From NCBI GenBank assembly GCA_041496385.1, contig JBGQEL010000071.1:1-21506 (forward strand): a stretch of 21,506 bases of DNA. Reading direction: 5' to 3'. A program made the translations under genes and the position numbers. The DNA is from Candidatus Methylomirabilia bacterium (GTDB taxonomy: Bacteria > Methylomirabilota > Methylomirabilia > Rokubacteriales > CSP1-6). Shown here one piece after another: positions 1-6,644 of the stretch. Under the pieces are notes generated by a model. It saw only the letters and a program-made list of their open reading frames with translations, did no database searches and was not told the DNA's origin. Within the stretch, counting starts at the first letter, position 1; each line of letters starts with the position of its first letter.

Positions 1-1
1 C

Positions 2-400
2 GTCGCCCATCGAGCGGTCCACCCGCGTCGACGGCACATCGAGGACCTGGATGCCGCGCGAGACGTCCACGCGGCCAGGCGCACCGCGGATGATCCTCGG
101 ATTGTTCGCCCCCTGAACGGCGACGTCGGCCCACGCGTCCAACTCGAGGCCGTTCTCGAAGAGGAGATCGGCGCGCCGGAGCTTCAGCATCAGACTCGGT
201 CGGATCTCCAGCTCGTGGGCGTTCTGCGTGCCGCGCGCGAGCGCCTCGACCTCGACGAGACCGCCGCCGACCTCCTCGACCAGCGCCTTCAGGTCGGGGA
301 TCGTCGCGACGACGCGGATCTTGTCGGCGCCCTCCGCGCCGGGAACGAACAGCCCGAGAGCCACGAACAGCGCGAACAGCGGCCTGAGCAAGCAACGCAT
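2..400 (-). CDS. Zn/Mn ABC transporter substrate-binding protein (ZnuA/TroA family); runs off the window edge
   Basis: Hand translation (not in ORF track): MRCLLRPLFALFVALGLFVPGAEGADKIRVVATIPDLKALVEEVGG...GTQNAHELEIRPSLMLKLRRADLLFENGLELDAW...VDRSMGD. Signal peptide plus ZnuA-type VVAT, NAHE and ADLxxxNGLxL motifs; GGAGGAG SD upstream. Confidence 0.9.
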   Translation of the reverse strand, partial: MRCLLRPLFALFVALGLFVPGAEGADKIRVVATIPDLKALVEEVGGGLVEVEALARGTQNAHELEIRPSLMLKLRRADLLFENGLELDAWADVAVQGANNPRIIRGAPGRVDVSRGIQVLDVPSTRVDRSMGD

Positions 401-413
401 GTGCTCTCTCCTC

Positions 414-1760
414 CTAGAACGGATGAGCGGGGTGGGCGCCGAGAATGAACGTGCCCTGGAAGAGAATCTCGTCCACTCGCCGTGCGCTGCCGCCGTCGGC
501 GTCGAAGCCGTCACGAAGGGTGCGCTCGGTGTTCTTGTAGGCGAGGCGGAAGCGGAGGAACTCCGACGGCCAGAAGCTGAGGTAGGGCTCGATGGCCCGC
601 TCGCTCCCGGGGTGGTCGGGGAACTGCGTCCAGTCGTAGCGGACCCCGGCGGCCCAGCGGCGGAACGGCTGCACCTCGGCGCCGAGGTACCAGCCGAAGC
701 GATCGCGCTCGCGCTTGTTGATCAGGTCGGTCATCCCATCGCCGTCGGTGTCCACCTCGACGTTCACCCGGCGGAGCGCGTAGAGCGCCTCGCCCGTCAC
801 GGTGACGAGGGGGTGGAGCCAGCCCTCGGGCCGGTACTTGTAGCGCGCCTCCCAGCCGAGGATCGTGTCACGCCGCTTCTCGGTCGTCTCGCCGCTCGCG
901 ACGGACATGCCGAGCTGGAGCGCCGAGGCATCGCCCAGCTCCAGGAAAGTGCGCAGGCGCCCCGTGAACATCGGCACGCGCAGGGTGCCGCGGCCGAAGG
1001 CGGTCTCGTTGTCGCCGTTGAAGACGCCGACCAGACCTTCGAGGTAGAAGGGGAGGTCGGGCACGATCGTCAGCTCCACGCCCTTCTCGATCAGGCCTTC
1101 GTCGCCGAAGAAGCGGCGGAGCACGTTCGGCCGGTCGATCCAGGGCAGATCGTGCTCGTGGATGACGTTGGTGTAGCCGAAGCGGTTCCGCACCTGCCCG
1201 AACTTCGCCTGGGTGCCGAACGGCAGCGTCAGCATCGTCACGCTCGCCTCGGCGAGGCTCACGCCTGTCTCCGCGCCGCGCGTGCCCTCGCCGGCCTCGA
1301 TCCGGACCTCCGCGTACGCGTAGGGATCGATCTGGCCGAAGAAGGACAGCTCGACCTCGCGCGGGAAGAACCGGTTCTCCTGGCCCGCGAAGGTGCCGCC
1401 CTGCGCCTTCTCGACGTTCGACTGGGTGAGGTTGCCGACGAAGTCGCCCGTCACGCCCATGTCGAAGAGCAGCTGGCCGGCGCCGCGTTGCTGGTAGAGC
1501 GAGAACGGCGGACGCGGACGCGCCAGGTCCGCCGGCGAGATGCCGAGGGCCGCCGGTGGCGGCGCCGCGGGTGGTGCGGCGGTGGCCGGGGGCGGCACGG
1601 CCTGGGTCTCGAGCCGCTGGAGACGCTCGCCGAGCGACTGGAGCTGCTTCTGTAGCGCCTCGATTTCCTTGCGCAACGCTCCGGCGTCCTGGGCGGCCGC
1701 GGGCGCCGCGGCGGCCAGCACGCACCACGACGACAGAAAGACGAGTGTCCATGCACGCAT
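414..1760 (-). CDS. Putative outer-membrane porin/beta-barrel linked to the metal ABC transporter
   Basis: Signal peptide, N-terminal coiled coil (LRKEIEALQKQLQSLGERLQRLE), Pro-rich linker, amphipathic beta-strands, C-terminus GAHPAHPF; directly upstream of the ZnuA-like gene. Confidence 0.75.
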   Translation of the reverse strand: MRAWTLVFLSSWCVLAAAAPAAAQDAGALRKEIEALQKQLQSLGERLQRLETQAVPPPATAAPPAAPPPAALGISPADLARPRPPFSLYQQRGAGQLLFDMGVTGDFVGNLTQSNVEKAQGGTFAGQENRFFPREVELSFFGQIDPYAYAEVRIEAGEGTRGAETGVSLAEASVTMLTLPFGTQAKFGQVRNRFGYTNVIHEHDLPWIDRPNVLRRFFGDEGLIEKGVELTIVPDLPFYLEGLVGVFNGDNETAFGRGTLRVPMFTGRLRTFLELGDASALQLGMSVASGETTEKRRDTILGWEARYKYRPEGWLHPLVTVTGEALYALRRVNVEVDTDGDGMTDLINKRERDRFGWYLGAEVQPFRRWAAGVRYDWTQFPDHPGSERAIEPYLSFWPSEFLRFRLAYKNTERTLRDGFDADGGSARRVDEILFQGTFILGAHPAHPF

Positions 1761-1765
1761 GGGAT

Positions 1766-1779
1766 CCTCCGTGAGAGCG
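1766..1779 (-). promoter_or_regulatory. 14-nt element CGCTCTCACGGAGG including the SD of the porin gene
   Basis: Identical to 6626-6639 (+); 5 nt to the ATG in both cases. Confidence 0.55.
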
Positions 1780-1847
1780 TTCGAATGGCCCGCGCCCTCG
1801 GACTCGTGTCCGGGCGGGGGCGACCTTGTGGAGACGGGCGGAGGAGG

Positions 1848-2138
1848 CTAGCGGGCCGGGGGGGCGCGAGATGCGGCGGGGCGGAGCGGCGCGCCGGCGA
1901 GCCGGTCGGCGCTCGGCGCCAGCGCGAGGATCAGGGTCAGGAGCAGGATCACGACGGGCACGGTGTCGCGCAACGACGCGGCGGAGCCGTGCGTCGCCAT
2001 CAGGCTGAGGTCGTGCTCCTCGTTCCAGAGCCCGAACTCGCCCGAGGCGTGAAGGTGCGGGAGCGCTGCGCCGGCCAGGACGGACGCGGTGAGGCCCAGC
2101 AGCAGGACGAACGCCTTGAGCTTCGTCACGGCCACCAA
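1848..2138 (-). CDS. RAPP-motif small membrane/exported protein, putative ribosome-arrest leader (DUF2946-like architecture without CxxC)
   Basis: Hydrophobic N-terminus, PHLH, HDLSLMATH, C-terminus SRAPPAR. Start is TTG 2138 or GTG 2135 (better spaced from the GAGGT SD). Confidence 0.75.
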   Translation of the reverse strand: MVAVTKLKAFVLLLGLTASVLAGAALPHLHASGEFGLWNEEHDLSLMATHGSAASLRDTVPVVILLLTLILALAPSADRLAGAPLRPAASRAPPAR

Positions 2139-2145
2139 CGATACC

Positions 2146-2499
2146 TCACTTCACGGTGAACGCAAAACTCGACTCGACCACGTGGCCGTCCACCGACAGC
2201 ACGCGAAACTTCACGAGATAGGCGCCGGGCGCCAGCGCGGGCAGCGTGACCGAGAGCTTGCGGGGGTCGTCGGGACCGACGGTCGCGTCGCCCCGGTCCA
2301 CCCGCGTGCTCCCGTCGGTGACGACGGACACGCTCGAGTACGCGGGCTCGAGGCGCTCGTTGAACCAGAGCTCGACACGCTCGGGCGGATGGGTGAGCAC
2401 CGCGCGGCGCGCGGGCGCGGACCTGACGAGCAGCGCGTGGGCGCCGGCGGCCGCCGGCAGGAGCGCCAGCGCGAGCGCGGCGGCCGCCAGGATCCTCAC
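2146..2499 (-). CDS. copC: Copper-binding periplasmic protein CopC
   Basis: Signal AGA|H giving His1, HALLVRSAP, LWFNERLE, VLSVDGHVVES (DGH motif). Confidence 0.92.
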   Translation of the reverse strand: MRILAAAALALALLPAAAGAHALLVRSAPARRAVLTHPPERVELWFNERLEPAYSSVSVVTDGSTRVDRGDATVGPDDPRKLSVTLPALAPGAYLVKFRVLSVDGHVVESSFAFTVK

Positions 2500-2675
2500 G
2501 GCTTCGAGCCGGGCTGCGGCGGGCGGCCGCGGGTCAGGACCGCGATGACCACCACGACCAGCGCGCCGACGAGGAGCGCCAGCCCCGCGAAGACCAGCGC
2601 CGAGGTGAGGGGACCCAGCGGCGCGTCGCGGAGCGGTCCGCCGTGATCCGCCCAGGCGACGCCGGCGGCCAGCAC
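2496..2675 (-). CDS. 59-aa membrane protein of unknown function
   Basis: GTG overlaps the upstream TAG (TAGTG) and its TGA overlaps the copC GTG (GTGA). MLAAGVAWADHGGPLRDAPLGPLTSALVFAGLALLVGALVVVVIAVLTRGRPPQPGSKP. Confidence 0.6.
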   Translation of the reverse strand: MLAAGVAWADHGGPLRDAPLGPLTSALVFAGLALLVGALVVVVIAVLTRGRPPQPGSKP

Positions 2676-3655
2676 TAGCGCGGACGGAGCGTCATGCCGT
2701 GCGGCGCCCGGCCGACGGCGATCGCCTTGACCTGCGCGTGCGTCGCGAGGTCGATCACGCTCACGAGGTCGGCGTACCGGTTGGTGACGAGCGCGTAGCG
2801 CCCGCCGGGCTCCATCGTCACGAGGTCGGGGTAGCCCTTCTGCGGGATCGTCGCGACGATCTTGTCGTCCGCGGTCCGGACGACGACGACCTTGTTGATC
2901 TTGCGCAGCGTGGTGTAGAGGAACCGCCCGTCGAGGGTGAGCGCGGCCTCGTGGACGACGCCGGGCAGCGGGATCTCGCCCACGACCTTCGCGGTGGCGG
3001 TGTCGATCTTCAGGAGCATCTTGTTCTCGCCGGCCGCGGCGTAGAGCGTCCGGCCGTCGGCCGCGAGCGCCAGCCCCATCGCGTCGCCGCCGCCGTGGAC
3101 GATCCGCTCGACCGTCTTTCGGGCCGCGACGTCGATGACCGTCACGTCGCCCGCGGTCTCGCCGGAGACGTAGAGGAGCCGGCCGTCGCGCGAGAAGACG
3201 CTGTGCGCGGGCCACGTGGAGACCTCCACGCGCCCGTCGACCTTCTCGGCCTTGAGGTCGTAGAAGATCACCTCGTCGCTGCTGGTGTCGCTCGACCAGT
3301 CCAGGACCAGCAGGTGGCGTCCGTCGGGGGTGAAGTTGAGGTTGTAGGGGTTGCCGCCGACCTTCACGCGCCGGACGAGCTTCCGCTGCTCGGCGTCGAT
3401 CACGCCGAGATCGTGGCTCCTGTCGTAGACGACCCAGGCGGTCTTGCCGTCGGGGTGGAAGACGATGCGGTTCGGCTTGCCCTTCCCGAGGGGGATCGTC
3501 CCGACGACCTCGAGCGCGTCGGTGTCGATGATCGAGACCGAGTCGGACTTCGTGTTCGTGATGTAGAGCGTCGTCGCCGCGGCCGGACCCGCCCCGCAGA
3601 GCGCCGCGGCCAGGAGCACGATCGCGCCGAGCGTCCGCACTATTCGCCTCCTCAT
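2675..3655 (-). CDS. Exported YVTN/YncE-like beta-propeller repeat protein
   Basis: Start MRRRIVRTLG (ATGA overlap), signal peptide, repeated blades LYITN..SDSVSIID, LYVSGE..GDVTVID, ALVTN..ADLVSVID. Confidence 0.88.
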   Translation of the reverse strand: MRRRIVRTLGAIVLLAAALCGAGPAAATTLYITNTKSDSVSIIDTDALEVVGTIPLGKGKPNRIVFHPDGKTAWVVYDRSHDLGVIDAEQRKLVRRVKVGGNPYNLNFTPDGRHLLVLDWSSDTSSDEVIFYDLKAEKVDGRVEVSTWPAHSVFSRDGRLLYVSGETAGDVTVIDVAARKTVERIVHGGGDAMGLALAADGRTLYAAAGENKMLLKIDTATAKVVGEIPLPGVVHEAALTLDGRFLYTTLRKINKVVVVRTADDKIVATIPQKGYPDLVTMEPGGRYALVTNRYADLVSVIDLATHAQVKAIAVGRAPHGMTLRPR

Positions 3656-4020
3656 CGCGTCTTTTCGATCGCGGTCACGGCCACGTTCGGCGGCACGCCC
3701 CGCAAGGTAAATCGTACCGCGTCTCCGACCTGAACCGACTCGGTAATCTTCGGCGCGGCGGTGCGGAAGCCCATTGTCATCGACGGCATGTAGCCCGTGA
3801 TCTCGCCGTGGGTGATGACGAGCACGCCGATGTCCGGGAGGACCGCGCGCACGACACCCTCGACCTGCCACTGGCGCTCGACGCCGGACGCGGTGGCCGC
3901 ACGCGCGGCCGCCAGCTCGCGCTCGAGCCGGGGGACCCGCAGGCCCCAGAAGACGTAGCCCCAGCCGGCGCCGAGGAGGAGCGCCAGGTTCATCAGGACG
4001 ACCGCCTTCCAGGCGCGCAT
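3652..4020 (-). CDS. CusF-like copper-binding protein with N-terminal hydrophobic anchor
   Basis: GVVRAV...VITHGEITGYMPSMTMGF...VQVGDAVRFTL matches the CusF OB-fold H...MxM motif; start MRAWKAV at a TGATG overlap. Confidence 0.85.
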   Translation of the reverse strand: MRAWKAVVLMNLALLLGAGWGYVFWGLRVPRLERELAAARAATASGVERQWQVEGVVRAVLPDIGVLVITHGEITGYMPSMTMGFRTAAPKITESVQVGDAVRFTLRGVPPNVAVTAIEKTR

Positions 4021-6008
4021 CAGTGGACGTGCTCCTCCGGCGCGGGCGGCGCCGTCTTCTCCTCGTTGAGCCGCTGAATATCCGCGAGCAGCGCGTTCGC
4101 CCCGTGGGCCTCGCCGCCGGCACGCGTGATCGCCCGGATGTACCCCTGTCGGTCGATCAGCAGCTCGGCGTGGGGCGCGTCGGCGAAGAGGCGGTACGCC
4201 GCCCCGATCTCCGGTGCGCCGTCGGTGACGACGGGAAAGAGCACGCGCGGCTCGGCGCCGAGGCGCCGGAGCGCGTCGGGTGCTCCGTCCACGGGGACCG
4301 CGATGATCTCGGCGCCCAGCGCCGCGAGGGTGTCGTAGGCGCGCGCCAGCTCGGCCATGCGCGCGCGGGAGCCGGGAAGCTCGTAGAGCGCGAGCAACAC
4401 GATGCGGCGCCCGCGGTATTCCTTGAGCGCTCGTGGCGGGGTCGGGCCCACGGCGAACGTGAAGTCGGGCGCCACGAGCCAGGGCGCGTCGGACCCCACG
4501 ACGGTGGCGAGGCCGCGCGCGAGACCGCGCGCCGCGTAGCCCGTCGAGAGCGCGCGGAGGAAGTTGATCAGGTCCCAGCGCGACTCGTCGGAGAGCTGCG
4601 CGCCGAACGCCGGCATGCCCGCGCGCGGGATGCCGTGGCTGATCCACCAGAACAGGTCACCCACGGTGTGCTGCGCCGTGTGGGCCGCGCGGAGATCGGC
4701 CGGCGGCCGCGGCAGGCGTAGGCCGCCCGGCCCGTCGCCCGCGCCCGTGGTGCCGTGGCACACCGCGCAGTGCTCCCGGTAGAGCGTCGTGCCCGTCGCG
4801 ATCGACGCCGCCTGGTAGGGCACCGAGGGGCGGAGATAAGTGGTCGGATAAGCGTCCACCGCGAGCGGCGGGAGCGCGAGCCCCGCGCCCGCGGCGAGCA
4901 CGACGAGCGCGCCCGCGCCGAGCGCCAGCCGCCGGCCCCGAAGGAGCGGTGCCGCGAGCAGGCCCACGAGACCCAGGATGCCGAGCTGGCTACCGACCAG
5001 GACGCGCGTCGCGAGCTCGGGGGCGTCCTCGAGCACCACGGTCGAGAGACGGAAGGCGAACGGCCACGCGGGGGCCTCGTGCAGGGCGGGCGGCGTCGCG
5101 CCCATCACCGCGACGACCGCCAGGAGCGCCAGGGCGAGCGCGCCCTCGCAGCCGACGAAGCGCGCGAGCCGCCGCATGGCGGGCTGCCCGACCGTCGCCG
5201 CGTCGCCGCCGAGCCTCGGCAGGTGGCGCCGGCGGTTGACCCAGGCGAGCCCGAGAATCGGCAGGAGCAGCGCAAGCTTGAGCAGGAGCAGCCGGCCGTA
5301 GGTCGTGCCCACGAGACCTGCGACCGTCGCCACGTGCGTCGCGGCGTTCGCCGCACCCGAGACGCCGAGCACGAGCACCGCGACGAGCGCCCCGCGCGAG
5401 AAGCGGCGCACGGCGAGGACGGCGTGCGGGCGCGCGTCGGCGCCGTCCGCGCGCGCGGCGGCGCGCAGGAGCAAGGCGAGCGGCAGCAGCCCGCCCGCCC
5501 AGAGACCCGCGGCGAGGAGGTGGCAGGCATCGACAGTAAGAGCGCGCGCGGTGTCGGGCTCGACGGCGGCCGCGTGACCGGAGGCGCCGACGAGGACGAG
5601 CGCGGCGGCCCCCAGCAGCGCCGTCTCCCCGTGTGCGGCCCGCCAGTCGACGCGCCGCTCGACGTTCCAGCGCACGGCGAGGAACGCGGTGAGCAGCAGA
5701 AGGAGGCCCTGGCGCGCCAGCCAGACACGACCGAAGTGCGTCTCGAGGAGGACGCGCGCGAGCGCGGCGGGCGCGAGCGCGGCCGCGGCGCGCGCCTCGA
5801 GGGTGGCCGTCTGCGCGGCGAGCAGCGCGAGCCCCGCGAGGAGCGTCAGGACGGCGACCGCGAGCGCCCGCGAGAGCACGCGCGACTCCCAGCGCCGGGC
5901 CGTCGGGCGGTCGGTGCGCCCGGCGAGCAGGATCGTCGCGGCCGCGCCGACGAGGAGGATCAGGCCCGCGAGGTGGAGCCAGCGGGCGACGAGGCCGAGC
6001 GCGTACAC
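4020..6008 (-). CDS. CopD-family membrane protein fused to cytochrome c and a C-terminal redoxin (AhpC/TSA-like) domain
   Basis: RWLHL, THFGRVWLAR, SGHAAA, HLLAAGLWAGGL, RRFS, TTYGRLLLLKL (CopD); CAVCHG plus GMPAF (heme c); APDFT...LLIDRQGYIR (redoxin fold). GTG 6008 start inferred. Confidence 0.88.
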   Translation of the reverse strand: MYALGLVARWLHLAGLILLVGAAATILLAGRTDRPTARRWESRVLSRALAVAVLTLLAGLALLAAQTATLEARAAAALAPAALARVLLETHFGRVWLARQGLLLLLTAFLAVRWNVERRVDWRAAHGETALLGAAALVLVGASGHAAAVEPDTARALTVDACHLLAAGLWAGGLLPLALLLRAAARADGADARPHAVLAVRRFSRGALVAVLVLGVSGAANAATHVATVAGLVGTTYGRLLLLKLALLLPILGLAWVNRRRHLPRLGGDAATVGQPAMRRLARFVGCEGALALALLAVVAVMGATPPALHEAPAWPFAFRLSTVVLEDAPELATRVLVGSQLGILGLVGLLAAPLLRGRRLALGAGALVVLAAGAGLALPPLAVDAYPTTYLRPSVPYQAASIATGTTLYREHCAVCHGTTGAGDGPGGLRLPRPPADLRAAHTAQHTVGDLFWWISHGIPRAGMPAFGAQLSDESRWDLINFLRALSTGYAARGLARGLATVVGSDAPWLVAPDFTFAVGPTPPRALKEYRGRRIVLLALYELPGSRARMAELARAYDTLAALGAEIIAVPVDGAPDALRRLGAEPRVLFPVVTDGAPEIGAAYRLFADAPHAELLIDRQGYIRAITRAGGEAHGANALLADIQRLNEEKTAPPAPEEHVH

Positions 6009-6075
6009 GCGGCCAGTGTACCGGATCGAGGAACCGTAGTTGAGGAACGCCGGTTTCTCGACTAGAGTGCAGCGC
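6009..6075. promoter_or_regulatory. Divergent, probably leaderless promoters with a central inverted repeat
   Basis: TACACT-N6-GTG on minus (6015-6020); TAGAGT-N7-ATG on plus (6063-6068); TCGAGGAACCG-N14-CGGTTTCTCGA (6026-6061, 10/11 match); no obvious SD on either side. Confidence 0.5.
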
Positions 6076-6606
6076 ATGGTTCGACAGGTCGCTCTCGTCC
6101 AGGCCCTCGCGGTCGCGCTCCCGCTCCTCGTCGCTGGCGGCGCCGGCGCCCACACGTCCACGCCGATGCTCTCGGCGCCGGTTGCAGCACCGCCCGTCGC
6201 GGCCGCCTTCGCCGAGGTCCTGCCGCCGGCGTCGATCGGTGCCGCGACGCCCAGAGCGGATACGACGCTCTGGCCGTGGCTCGCGCTGCTCGCGCTCGTG
6301 CCGGTGCTAGGTCACCGGCGCGCGCCACGGCTTTTTGCCGCGGCGCTCGTCCTGGCTCTCGTCGTCTTCGCCGCGGAGTCGGCCGTCCACTCCGTGCATC
6401 ACGGCGTCGCGGGTGACGGGACAGCCGTCTGCCCCGTCGCCTCGGCCGCGGCGCACGTCGCCGGCAGCGACATCGAGGCCGTGGCCGCTCCCGCGCCTGC
6501 GCCTGCGGCCGGCCCGGCTCTCGCCGAGTCCGGCCCGCTCTCCACCACGCCTCGCCCGCTCGGCCAGCACCAGGGGCGCGCGCCACCCTCCGCGCTCGCC
6601 TCCTAG
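6076..6606 (+). CDS. RAPP-motif membrane protein, putative ribosome-arrest leader (DUF2946-like, single Cys)
   Basis: Signal AGA|H, two hydrophobic segments, HSVHH, CPVASAAAH, Pro/Ala linker, C-terminus GRAPPSALAS. ATG 6076 preferred over TTG 6040. Confidence 0.78.
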   Translation: MVRQVALVQALAVALPLLVAGGAGAHTSTPMLSAPVAAPPVAAAFAEVLPPASIGAATPRADTTLWPWLALLALVPVLGHRRAPRLFAAALVLALVVFAAESAVHSVHHGVAGDGTAVCPVASAAAHVAGSDIEAVAAPAPAPAAGPALAESGPLSTTPRPLGQHQGRAPPSALAS

Positions 6607-6625
6607 CTCCCGGCTCGACCAAATT

Positions 6626-6639
6626 CGCTCTCACGGAGG
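6626..6639 (+). promoter_or_regulatory. 14-nt element CGCTCTCACGGAGG including the SD of the next gene; can pair with ACCCTCCG at 6585-6592
   Basis: Identical to 1766-1779 (-); 8-bp perfect complementarity between 6585-6592 and 6634-6641. Confidence 0.6.
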
Positions 6640-6644
6640 GTTCG

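Noticed and set aside
228..1655. Long antisense ORFs (e.g. 228-1655, 4755-6065, 10712-11830, 18703-20760, 20806-21498)
   Set aside because: Shadow frames of real genes in high-GC DNA; no recognisable motifs.
2496..2530. Third arrest motif (RGRPP) in the 59-aa ORF
   Set aside because: Does not match RAPP/RGPP/RAGP, and the next gene is directly coupled with no regulatory gap.
6009..6075. CsoR, CueR or Zur operator
   Set aside because: The palindrome does not match consensus sites I can recognise; left as unassigned.
6009..6161. N-terminal extensions from ORF-track starts (6161, 4123, 4647, 6335, 11793, 17439, 18128)
   Set aside because: They overlap neighbouring genes; the true starts coincide with stop/start overlaps, signal peptides or promoter signals.
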